From a virus, in IMG/VR virus record IMGVR_UViG_3300032516_000007, positions 51,042 to 115,041 of that record: 64,000 nt of DNA; one strand, 5' to 3'. The notes beneath the pieces were generated by a model. That model was not told where the DNA came from, ran no database searches, and worked only from the letters and a program-made list of their open reading frames with translations. Shown here in pieces: positions 18,531 to 27,163 of this stretch; within the stretch, counting starts at the first letter, position 1, and every line of letters starts with the position of its first letter. The position numbers were made by a program, and so were the translations under genes.

Positions 18531-18775
18531 TGGATCATCTCCTGTCGTGCCGGTGTGGTGAAGTGCTGGTCAAATCCATGAGTGATGGCACCACAAAGGT
18601 AAGGTCCAAGATTATCATTTTTCGAGGTGGGGAAGCCTTTGCTGTCTGCAAAGGGTGTGGGGCTGAGAGGTTAGTTCCTCTTCAATTAGTCCCCGATGCC
18701 TTGGAGAAGGGATCTCGCCGACCCAAGCTTTTTGTGAGTGAAAACAAGAAGCTGGACCCCACAGACCTTCCGTAG
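18530..18775 (+). CDS. small zinc-ribbon protein
   Basis: CRCG ... CKGCG; AAGGAG RBS; contains LVK|S and LEK|G motifs. Confidence 0.65.
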   Translation: MDHLLSCRCGEVLVKSMSDGTTKVRSKIIIFRGGEAFAVCKGCGAERLVPLQLVPDALEKGSRRPKLFVSENKKLDPTDLP

Positions 18776-18808
18776 TCGATCCACCGCTACCCCCCTGATC
18801 GAACATGC

Positions 18809-18837
18809 TTGACACTTGATTCTAGAACCAGTAGTTT
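18809..18837 (+). promoter_or_regulatory. sigma70-type promoter with TTCTAGAA in the spacer
   Basis: TTGACA-17 nt-TAGTTT, intergenic, upstream of the protease gene. Confidence 0.6.
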
Positions 18838-18868
18838 CATCCTGACGATCAACCTGAAGGAACTCCAC

Positions 18869-18902
18869 AAAGGGAGATGGGCATGAGCCCCTCTCCCTTT
18901 TT
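18869..18902 (+). terminator. intrinsic terminator-like hairpin in the protease gene leader
   Basis: AGGGAGATGGGC-ATGA-GCCCCTCTCCCT followed by a T run. Confidence 0.6.
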
Positions 18903-18914
18903 GCGTTTGGGACT

Positions 18915-19796
18915 ATGATCTTAGATCTCCTCAAAAGCAACGAGTTTGAGTTCTGGCTTCCCCTGGACATTTGCAAGTCCAATGGGAAGGCTGATCCAAC
19001 GAAGCGTTGGGTCCAGGGACTTGCCTCTACAGAAGATCGAGATCTTCAGGATGAGGAAGTCTTTCAGCGTGGGATCGACTTCAGTTACTTCCTAGAGCAT
19101 GGCTACTACAACAATGATCATAAGCTTGGGTTCGAGAACAAAGTTGGCCAGCCTGTAGAAGCTAAGATCACTCCTGAGGGTTTTTGGACCAAGGGGTTCT
19201 TGTTCCAGAACCACAAAGTAGCTGATGCGATTTGGGAGCTGGCTCACGCACTGATCACCTCAGGTGCGATTCGTCGTCTTGGCTTCTCTATTCAGGGGAA
19301 GGTTCTGAGACGAGCAGGAAAGCGCATTCTGAAGTGTTGGGTTCAAGATGTTGCGATCACCGCTGCTCCGATCAATACCCACACCTGGTTGGACGTTGTG
19401 AAGTCCCTCTCAGCCGTTCCGGCTGAGATGTGGTGTGAGAGTGAGAGCGGGCTACTGATGCCTGAGGATGTGGCTACTTCGATCCCCTGTGTCAAGTCTT
19501 GTGGGGGTGGTTGCTGCAAGAGCGAAAATAAAGCTCTCCGTCAGGAAGATCTTAACCTCTTCAAGAAGAGAGATGAGGAAGAGGAAGAAGCCAAGGCTCT
19601 GTCCATTGGGTATGGACATCCCATGGCTCCAGAGAGCTTGGACAGCGAAGTCAAGCGGCAGACGTTTGGCAAGTCGATCCCGGAAATTCTCAACTTCCGT
19701 GACTGCGTGTACCTTCTTCAGGACACACGGGGTCTTTCAAAATCTGAAGCAACAACGTTGACTGAGGCGATCTTCGCAATGAACGAAGTGAACTGA
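18915..19796 (+). CDS. prohead (capsid maturation) protease
   Basis: VQGLASTEDRDLQDE, GIDFSYFLEHGYYNNDH, LGFSIQG, VAITAAPIN motifs; located before scaffold and capsid genes. Confidence 0.9.
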   Translation: MILDLLKSNEFEFWLPLDICKSNGKADPTKRWVQGLASTEDRDLQDEEVFQRGIDFSYFLEHGYYNNDHKLGFENKVGQPVEAKITPEGFWTKGFLFQNHKVADAIWELAHALITSGAIRRLGFSIQGKVLRRAGKRILKCWVQDVAITAAPINTHTWLDVVKSLSAVPAEMWCESESGLLMPEDVATSIPCVKSCGGGCCKSENKALRQEDLNLFKKRDEEEEEAKALSIGYGHPMAPESLDSEVKRQTFGKSIPEILNFRDCVYLLQDTRGLSKSEATTLTEAIFAMNEVN

Positions 19797-19833
19797 TGGT
19801 CATCAACCGAAACTCAACCGGAGGGAACTGAAG

Positions 19834-20778
19834 ATGTCGAAGATGACGAAGCATGACTTCTTCAAGTCTCTGGAAAGGTTGGAGGCACTTGCCGGTGGCA
19901 GCGGTGACGAAATGCGGAAGTCGCAGATTGTCACTGGTGGCAACAGTGAGGTCTCCTCCTGGCCAGGTGGCGAGAAGGAAAAGATCGGGGACAACTGGGA
20001 CGACAGCATCGGTGAGGACGGAACCGACTACAAGGCCCAGAAGGTTCGGAAGAGCATCATCGAGAAGGTTGCGAAGGGTATTGCTCTGTCCCCCTCCGAG
20101 GTGGAGATCCTCAAGGGTGACATGGACCGAGCTGAGCCCTTCGGTGGCAAAGAGTCTCCTGAGGAAGAGGAGGCCGAAGAGGAAGCCAAGGAGAAGACCA
20201 AGGGCAAGCGTCGTCCTCCCCCCAAGGAAGAGGAGGACGAGGACGAGGGAGCCAAGGGCAAGCTTTTTGGCAAGTCATTCACCGACGTTCTCTCTGAGAA
20301 CGATACGGTCCAGAAGGGTGTCGAGGTGTCGGACTTCCTCACTGAGTTTGCCAAGTCCTTTGGGCATGGTCTCGATCACCTGGAGTCCCGGATCACGGAG
20401 CGAGTGGTTGGGACCGTCATGGGTGCCCTTCAGCAGTTTGCTGGGGAGCAGGGGAACTTCAACAAGTCCCTCGCCGAGGCGGTGGTGAACATCGGTCATG
20501 GTCTCGCTGGCTACATTCAGCAGGATGCAGCTCGGAGCGAGGAGCCTGCGGGTCCCCCGAAGTCTCAGCTTCGGACGGTTCCTGGTCAGGTGAATGTGCT
20601 TCAGAAGAGCCAGGGTGGTGGTCCGTTCGAGGGCATGAGCAAGGCTCAGGTTCTTGATCGGATGACTGATCTGGTGGAGAAGGGCGGTCTCAATCCCCTG
20701 GAGGTGGTGAAGTACGAGTCCACGGGAGAGATGTCGCCTCACATCGAACAGAAGCTCATGAAGAGCATGGGGCAGTAG
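19834..20778 (+). CDS. capsid scaffolding protein
   Basis: Between protease and capsid genes; charged and helical; 13 hydrophobic-x-K|[AGS] motifs. Confidence 0.75.
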   Translation: MSKMTKHDFFKSLERLEALAGGSGDEMRKSQIVTGGNSEVSSWPGGEKEKIGDNWDDSIGEDGTDYKAQKVRKSIIEKVAKGIALSPSEVEILKGDMDRAEPFGGKESPEEEEAEEEAKEKTKGKRRPPPKEEEDEDEGAKGKLFGKSFTDVLSENDTVQKGVEVSDFLTEFAKSFGHGLDHLESRITERVVGTVMGALQQFAGEQGNFNKSLAEAVVNIGHGLAGYIQQDAARSEEPAGPPKSQLRTVPGQVNVLQKSQGGGPFEGMSKAQVLDRMTDLVEKGGLNPLEVVKYESTGEMSPHIEQKLMKSMGQ

Positions 20779-20808
20779 CCCCTCAACCCCAGACACAGGA
20801 GAAAGATC

Positions 20809-22257
20809 ATGTTTGGACAGATCAGCCTGCGTCACTACGAGGGGCTCAACGGTTTCGGGACTGCTCCCGCCCAGGACGTGTCAGAGTTGCACAAGGCGTT
20901 GGAGGCTGGCTATCAGGTGACTGGCCAGACCGGCGGCTCTGCACTCAGGGTGGAAAGTCTTGAGGCCAGCCTCAAGGTGGTGACGTGGACAAACCATCAC
21001 ATCAAGTTCTGGAAGAAGATTCCGAAATCGCCAGCATTTTCGACGGTTGAGGAATACAATGAGCTAGTTTCCTACGGAGGAACGAATTTCGCCTTTACGC
21101 AAGAAGGCGAACTTCCTCCTTCGACGGATACGAACTACGCTCGTCGTACCCAGCTCGTGAAATTCCTTGGGACCACTCGTGAAGTGAGCCACCCGGCCAC
21201 GATGATTCATCCCGCCCACGGGGATGTGATCGCACTCGAAAACTCGAACGGCATTCTCTGGCTGCTCGAGAGGGTTGAAACGGCTCTCTTCACCGCTGAT
21301 TCCGCGCTCGCTTTCGATGGTGAGGCTGAGCAGTGGGATGGTCTCGATGCTCTGATCGATGGCACCTCCTACGTCGATCTGGAGGGACAGCCTCTCCAGG
21401 AAGCGGACGTGGAAGAGGCCAGCAACATCCTTGTCGAGCACTTTGGTTACCCGACGGATCTGTTCTTGGGAACCCGTGAGCTGAGTGATCTTGTCAAGAC
21501 GATGTATCCTCGCGAGCGCGTGGCTCTGCCCGCTCCCGTGAATGGGGTCATCGGACAGGCAATCAACTCCATGGCAACCCAGGCTGGTACCATCGAGTTC
21601 AACCCCAACGTCTTCGTCAAGCGTCTTCCTCGTCCGCCCGCGTCGGCAACGCACGCCAATGCTCCTGCGACTCCGCAGGTCGTGGCGGGTCTTTCCAGTG
21701 CTGGTGGTACGGCTCTTGATGGTGACTTCAATAAGGGAGCCCCAGCGGGGACCAACTACCTCTGCTACGTTTGCACAGCGTGCAATCGTTTCGGAGAGTC
21801 GTCTCCTTCTCCGGTCATGGGCGCAGCGGTGACGATGATTCAGGCAAACAAGGACGCCAACGAGCACATCGATCTCACGCTGACCAACGCTGCAACCATC
21901 GGAGCTTTCCCTCCCGAGTTCTTCCGTGTGTACCGTACCGTCTCCAGGACTGCGGCTGCGGTTCCTGCTGATCTGGCACTGTACAGCATGATCATGCAGG
22001 TGCCTGCTGCTCTCCAGGGTGGTGGTCAGGTTACCACTCCTGATGACGTGAACTTCCTGCTGCCCTTCACCAGCCTTGCTTACATGGGAGAGCTGACTCC
22101 GCAGGTGATCACGTTCCGGCAGCTTGCTCCGATGATGCGTCTAGATCTCGCGGTGCTTGCTCCTGCCTACAGGTGGATGATCATGCTTTACGGAACGCCC
22201 ATCCTGTTCGCTCGGAAGAAGTGGCTGCGTATGATCAACATCGGTCGTCTCACGTAG
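20809..22257 (+). CDS. major capsid protein (Herelleviridae-like)
   Basis: ELHKALEAGY...GSALRVESLEASLKVVTW, STVEEY, QLAPMMRLDLA, ILFARKKWLRMINI resemble Twort/A511 capsid proteins; strong codon bias. Confidence 0.92.
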   Translation: MFGQISLRHYEGLNGFGTAPAQDVSELHKALEAGYQVTGQTGGSALRVESLEASLKVVTWTNHHIKFWKKIPKSPAFSTVEEYNELVSYGGTNFAFTQEGELPPSTDTNYARRTQLVKFLGTTREVSHPATMIHPAHGDVIALENSNGILWLLERVETALFTADSALAFDGEAEQWDGLDALIDGTSYVDLEGQPLQEADVEEASNILVEHFGYPTDLFLGTRELSDLVKTMYPRERVALPAPVNGVIGQAINSMATQAGTIEFNPNVFVKRLPRPPASATHANAPATPQVVAGLSSAGGTALDGDFNKGAPAGTNYLCYVCTACNRFGESSPSPVMGAAVTMIQANKDANEHIDLTLTNAATIGAFPPEFFRVYRTVSRTAAAVPADLALYSMIMQVPAALQGGGQVTTPDDVNFLLPFTSLAYMGELTPQVITFRQLAPMMRLDLAVLAPAYRWMIMLYGTPILFARKKWLRMINIGRLT

Positions 22258-22294
22258 AGGCGCATTTCCGGTGAAGGTCAGAATCTGACCTTGT

Positions 22295-22340
22295 GAGAGT
22301 CTGGGGAGTGTTTTTGGATGCTCCCCAGACTCTCCTTTTT
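22295..22340 (+). terminator. intrinsic terminator after the capsid gene
   Basis: GAGAGTCTGGGGAG...CTCCCCAGACTCTC followed by CTTTTT. Confidence 0.8.
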
Positions 22341-22383
22341 GAGACCATGAACCTGGTATTCAGGTAGAGAGACAAGATCCATA

Positions 22384-22968
22384 ATGGATTGCATTGTTTG
22401 TGGGAAACCAGTTCAGATTGTCGGAGCAGATACATGTAGCACCCGTTGCATGCTTCGACCTAGGGGAAATGCAGGTGAGAAGAAAGGACTGGCACCCAGT
22501 TCTGTTTTTTCGATCATGGGGAAGCTGACTCAGGCGTCTCTTAGGCAGCCCCCACTAGAATCGGAGGTTCCAATGCTGAAGGTAGCTCACCCTTGGATCA
22601 AGAATCGTAACGTCATTGAGGGGGAGACGGTCTTCTCGTTCAATGGGGATGGAATCGCTGTGGTGAAGGATCTTGGGAATGCTCGCGTGGATCTTCAGCG
22701 GTTGATGAAGAAACCAACGAGTAAGTTCTCCATTCTTGAGGACCCGAGGGAAGTTCCCAAGGTTGAAGTTCCTGTTCTCAAGGTTGAGGCTCCCAAAGTT
22801 CCCGTTTCCAAGATCGAAGTTCCCTCTACCGAGATCGAAGCTCCTGCTTCCGAGGTGTTCACTTCGACGGTTCTAGAATTAACAGAGCCAGAGGAGGAAA
22901 CCACATCGGAGGTTGAGGACAAGGCAACCAAACGAACCCCCACCAAGAAGAAGAGTGGCGGCAAGTAA
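22384..22968 (+). CDS. hypothetical protein with (K/E)(V/I)E(V/A)P repeats
   Basis: True start may be ATG 22573 (GGAGG RBS). Confidence 0.6.
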   Translation: MDCIVCGKPVQIVGADTCSTRCMLRPRGNAGEKKGLAPSSVFSIMGKLTQASLRQPPLESEVPMLKVAHPWIKNRNVIEGETVFSFNGDGIAVVKDLGNARVDLQRLMKKPTSKFSILEDPREVPKVEVPVLKVEAPKVPVSKIEVPSTEIEAPASEVFTSTVLELTEPEEETTSEVEDKATKRTPTKKKSGGK

Positions 22969-22980
22969 AGGAGAACAGTC

Positions 22981-23250
22981 ATGGCGACCATCAAGACTCG
23001 ACCCGTCATCGGCGACAACGGATCTCAAGAGCTGGCTCAGCTTCGTGAGAGCTATAACGCTCTGGTGCAGGTGGTTGGTGATCTGATCACCTCCCTCAAG
23101 GGCTCAACTGACGTGCCCTCCATCGTTGTCATCGTCACGGCTGCGGAGCTGGTGATTCAGAACACCGTGGAGAAGATTGGCACCCAGCCAAATCTGGGCC
23201 TGAATCCTCTCAGACCCGATCTGCTTCCTAGCACGCTCAGGATTCCGTAG
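22981..23250 (+). CDS. hypothetical virion protein
   Basis: AAGGAG RBS; position after the capsid gene. Confidence 0.65.
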   Translation: MATIKTRPVIGDNGSQELAQLRESYNALVQVVGDLITSLKGSTDVPSIVVIVTAAELVIQNTVEKIGTQPNLGLNPLRPDLLPSTLRIP

Positions 23251-23369
23251 AGGAGAGATCAAGTTCGATTGTTTTGCTTCAAGATCCCAACGCTGTCATG
23301 TAGCGTTCGGCCATGTGAAAACTTCAATGTGCCCCTCCTACCTATGGGGGCTTTGATGAGGAGAATCAA

Positions 23370-23696
23370 ATGTTCAAGCCAGGCATTCCCGTGCATCCTT
23401 CCAGTGGGATTGGAACAGCTCCGAATGCAGCCACGACCCCTCAGGGGATCGAGATATCATTCGACAAGGGTTCCAATCGAAACCGGCAGAGCACTTCCCA
23501 GGTGATCATTTCCAATCTTGAGGCGGCGGTAGGGGGCAATGCTCTCGAGGTGAGCTTTGCCAACGGTCAGGACGGGAAGTGGTTCAGCATTCCTCCGGGG
23601 CAGACGGTACCCATCAATGTGATGACGCATCGCTGCAATGTGAGAGGGAAAACTGGAGCGACAACTGCCTACTCCATCATGGGGATCATATCCTGA
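23370..23696 (+). CDS. hypothetical beta-rich virion protein
   Basis: GAGGAG RBS, 108 aa. Confidence 0.65.
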   Translation: MFKPGIPVHPSSGIGTAPNAATTPQGIEISFDKGSNRNRQSTSQVIISNLEAAVGGNALEVSFANGQDGKWFSIPPGQTVPINVMTHRCNVRGKTGATTAYSIMGIIS

Positions 23697-23714
23697 TGAT
23701 GAGGGAGGGCAGAT

Positions 23715-24020
23715 ATGATCCTCCAACCTGTCGGAAGAGGAACGTCGATCAATGTTCTGCTGGGGAAGTTCCGGTGGAACAAGGAGCTGATTGGACCAAA
23801 GAACGGAGTCAATGTCATATTCACAACGCCTGAAGTTTTCATTCAGAGCGGAGAGACTGTGATCAGGGTGTACCGCAACGGACAAAGGTCGTACCTGGGA
23901 GTGTCTAATGACTACACCGTATCAGAGAGCGGTGGTCCTGGTACAGGGTTTGACACCATTACGCTGGCTGTAGCCCCATTGGGTTACGAGATCATAACCA
24001 CCGATTACTTGATCAATTAA
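23715..24020 (+). CDS. small beta-sandwich virion protein
   Basis: VYRNGQR...NDYTV...TITL motif, similar to the C-terminus of the next gene (VYLNGELL). Confidence 0.6.
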   Translation: MILQPVGRGTSINVLLGKFRWNKELIGPKNGVNVIFTTPEVFIQSGETVIRVYRNGQRSYLGVSNDYTVSESGGPGTGFDTITLAVAPLGYEIITTDYLIN

Positions 24021-24036
24021 CCCGAAGGAGAGAGAA

Positions 24037-26052
24037 ATGGGACGCACCTTCATCCGTCAAGCAGTACAGATCGCACCGTCGGACTACGCCGCAACACCCA
24101 GTGGGTACAACGATAGTGTCGCCCCAACGCTGGCCAACTACGAGAGCACCCGTCCAGCCAATCTGGAGGATGACCTCAACTCGCTCCGGTCGCAGCTCAA
24201 CAACCTGTTGAACCGAAATGGGGCAAGCTTCCCCAGCGGCCCCAAGTGGTACGAAGATCTCGTGCAGCCCACCGCACTCGAAAACGGCACCATCCGTGGT
24301 GTGGATGCCACCAACGCTGCTTTGCATGCAGTCGAGAAGAAGCGCGTTCTGCGTGATGTCTGGAAGCTCCTGGACATCTACCCTGGACTCGATCTGTCGA
24401 TCTTGCTCGTCAACGATCTCAGGACCAAGTACGAGGCCCACCGAGTTCTGGTCGGTGGTGGTCCTGTTCACGGCTCTGCTGACGCAACCAACACCATCGC
24501 GGCACCTGCGGCGACCAACCTCGCCACCGCGATCACGCTGGCGAACGACATCAAGGCCAAGTACAACGCGCACCGCGTGGACGTGTCTGGGGCTCCTGCG
24601 ATCCACGGTCTGGCCGACACCACCAACGTCGTCTCCTCGGCAAATGCGACCAACCTGGCCACGCTGATCACCCTCATCAACGAGATCAGGGTTGACTACG
24701 AGGCGCACCGGCAGCTCATCGCTGGTGGTGTCCACACCGTTGCGGACGGAACGAACATCGTGACGGCACTGACCGTCGGTTCGACCACACAGGTCCACAT
24801 CTTCACAGCAGCTCAGCTTCCTCTTCAGACCCTCGCGGCCATTGGAGCAGTCACGACGCTGGGTACGGTTGCTGCGCAGGCCACTGCCTTCGGCACTGCT
24901 GGGCTGGATGAGGTCGTCAGCACTTCGGACGTGAACCCGAAGAACATGATGCAGCTCGTCGATGCCGCGAACCACCTCGACCCGATCCTGGTCGGTGGCA
25001 AGCAGTTGTTCGCGCTGTTCCAGACGGAGAGTGCCACCGACGGATCCACCATGACGGGAACTACGCCCAACAGGGCGCAGCTCTCGTTCGTCGTGCGCAA
25101 CAACACAGGCGATGATCTGGAGCTGGTGTCGGTGCCCATCGGGCAGGGCATCAACTTCGCAACGCGCGAGCGCATGCGCCTTGAGGGACTCGACGAGCAG
25201 GACTTCTTGAAGGGAGCCACCGTTGAGTTCCCGGCCTCGACCACCGTCACTCGCCAGATCGGGTATGACAACCAGGGTGTCACTCCGGTTGAGATGGCGA
25301 CCAACAGCTACCTCGATCTCGGAACCGGGCTTGAGTGGACCCTCCGCGATGTCCTCAACGCCGCGCTGCTTCGTGTCATTGAGGGTTCGCCGTCTGCCAA
25401 CACCATTCAGCTCACCAGTGAGGTCGATGTTTTCGACATCAACGCTGTGCTGAATGACTTCCTCAACGGTGCCAGCTTCGACACTGGTGCTGCGGGCACC
25501 ACGATCAACGTCGGTGTCACTCCCAACCAGATCGACGCGGGTGGTCCTCTCACTGTGGCCTCGGGTGGCTCTGGTGATCTGAAGCTCGACGCGGCGAACG
25601 AGGTTCTGTTCGACGACGTGAACCGGACTGGTGCTGGCTGGACGGCTACCTCGGTCAAGCTCTCCGACACCACGCAGGAGTGGATCGACTATCGCACCGA
25701 GTTTGGCGAGGTCTCGATCTTCAACGCGCTCTACCAGGCGAAGACGACAGCGAAGCGTGTCAAGGGTCAGGCCAAGCTCGTTGCCAACCGCGCTGCGGGC
25801 CTCGATGTTGACAAGACCACGACGAGCATTCTCGATGTCGATCTGCCGAACTTCGCTGCTGTCGGCACCTTCGTCGATGACGTCGATGTCTACCTCAACG
25901 GCGAGCTGCTGCGCAACGAAGCCTCGTACCCTGGAACCGAGGACGTGGCTCCTGGATCGACTCCTGCGCAGGGCATGCTCAAGTTCGAGTTCGCACTCAG
26001 GGGCACTGGAAGCAAGCCCGATCAGTTGTCGATGATCGTGTGGGGTAGCTAG
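24037..26052 (+). CDS. virion structural/fibre protein with His-pair repeats
   Basis: 671 aa, A/T/G/V-rich, strong codon bias; three Y(E/N)AHR...H..AD.TN repeats. Confidence 0.7.
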   Translation: MGRTFIRQAVQIAPSDYAATPSGYNDSVAPTLANYESTRPANLEDDLNSLRSQLNNLLNRNGASFPSGPKWYEDLVQPTALENGTIRGVDATNAALHAVEKKRVLRDVWKLLDIYPGLDLSILLVNDLRTKYEAHRVLVGGGPVHGSADATNTIAAPAATNLATAITLANDIKAKYNAHRVDVSGAPAIHGLADTTNVVSSANATNLATLITLINEIRVDYEAHRQLIAGGVHTVADGTNIVTALTVGSTTQVHIFTAAQLPLQTLAAIGAVTTLGTVAAQATAFGTAGLDEVVSTSDVNPKNMMQLVDAANHLDPILVGGKQLFALFQTESATDGSTMTGTTPNRAQLSFVVRNNTGDDLELVSVPIGQGINFATRERMRLEGLDEQDFLKGATVEFPASTTVTRQIGYDNQGVTPVEMATNSYLDLGTGLEWTLRDVLNAALLRVIEGSPSANTIQLTSEVDVFDINAVLNDFLNGASFDTGAAGTTINVGVTPNQIDAGGPLTVASGGSGDLKLDAANEVLFDDVNRTGAGWTATSVKLSDTTQEWIDYRTEFGEVSIFNALYQAKTTAKRVKGQAKLVANRAAGLDVDKTTTSILDVDLPNFAAVGTFVDDVDVYLNGELLRNEASYPGTEDVAPGSTPAQGMLKFEFALRGTGSKPDQLSMIVWGS

Positions 26053-26058
26053 TTCATC

Positions 26059-26099
26059 TGGGGGGTCGTTTTCAGTCTGAAAGCTGGGGACGGCCCCCC
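26059..26099 (+). terminator. GC-rich hairpin after the 671 aa gene
   Basis: GGGGGTCGTTTTCAG...CTGGGGACGGCCCCC with G-U pairs; weak U-tail. Confidence 0.4.
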
Positions 26100-26120
26100 T
26101 CCCTTAAACAGGAATGAGCG

Positions 26121-26699
26121 ATGAGTTTCCTCGACAAGTCACAGCTCACGATCACTGTAGCCACCGAACTTGGTGCTGATCTTGAGGATCGTCTCGATGG
26201 CGAACGCAAAGCCATGAACGAGCTGACTGGGGCACAGCAGGCGTTGAAGCAGGCGGCTAAGAAGGTGCCTGTTGATCTCGTAGCAGCCCTTGAGGCGTCC
26301 TTGGAGAAGGGTGAAGAGATCAAGGATGGGATGGAGAGCATCGAGGTCGCGCAGCTCATCCGAAAGTACCTGACGCGGGTCGGGGACTATCTTACACACC
26401 TGGGAGAGGTGGAGCAGCAGAAAGCGATCATCCAGGGAGGGCGCGTAGCTGGACTTGCAGACGCCATGAAGGTAGTCCAGAAGCGGCGTGAGGATGAGGT
26501 CACGAAGCTTCAGCGCATGATCGAAGCAGCCAAGCAAATCCAGAACGACGAGGTAGTGGCCGATGTCCGAACGACGGGAGAAGCTGCCCGCTCCGAACAT
26601 GGCACAGTTGCTGAGCGAAGAGCGGCTGAACACGTTGCGGCCCCTACTTTGTCTCAGGTCGAGAAGCCCAAGAAAAAAGGGCGAAAGAGCCGTGCCTGA
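26121..26699 (+). CDS. coiled-coil hypothetical protein
   Basis: 192 aa, helical, basic C-terminus. Confidence 0.7.
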   Translation: MSFLDKSQLTITVATELGADLEDRLDGERKAMNELTGAQQALKQAAKKVPVDLVAALEASLEKGEEIKDGMESIEVAQLIRKYLTRVGDYLTHLGEVEQQKAIIQGGRVAGLADAMKVVQKRREDEVTKLQRMIEAAKQIQNDEVVADVRTTGEAARSEHGTVAERRAAEHVAAPTLSQVEKPKKKGRKSRA

Positions 26700-27163
26700 T
26701 GACCGACCACGACGGCAGCGGTATCAGAGGAGAGACCGTCGATGAGATCCTCTGGTTAGACCAGACGGAAGACCCATCCGAGTTGGGTATGACTCGGATG
26801 GTGAGCGGCTCCTTCAAGTTCGTTGACGGGCTCGGCGTCTTCAATCCTCGTACTGGTGGTTCTGGAATCACAGAGGGTCAGCACGAGATTCTCGATACCC
26901 TCACCCACTGGATCGACGAGACTAACTGGCAAGAGTTGATCCGCAGTGGTGGAAAAGTCACCAACGCTATCCACTGGGAGACAAGCGCCAAACTGAAGAA
27001 GATTCGTGAGGTGCTTGTCACCAGGGCCGGAGGCAAGGTTTCCCAGATCGATATCATCCAGTACAACAGTGCTGGTACGGAGAGCCAGCGACAGGTTGGT
27101 GTGATCACCAGGGCCGGTGGGAAGGTCGAGTCCATTCAGTGGACAAAGACGGGGAGTCCCTAA
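26699..27163 (+). CDS. hypothetical virion protein
   Basis: Three R(S/A)GGKV repeats. Confidence 0.65.
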   Translation: MTDHDGSGIRGETVDEILWLDQTEDPSELGMTRMVSGSFKFVDGLGVFNPRTGGSGITEGQHEILDTLTHWIDETNWQELIRSGGKVTNAIHWETSAKLKKIREVLVTRAGGKVSQIDIIQYNSAGTESQRQVGVITRAGGKVESIQWTKTGSP

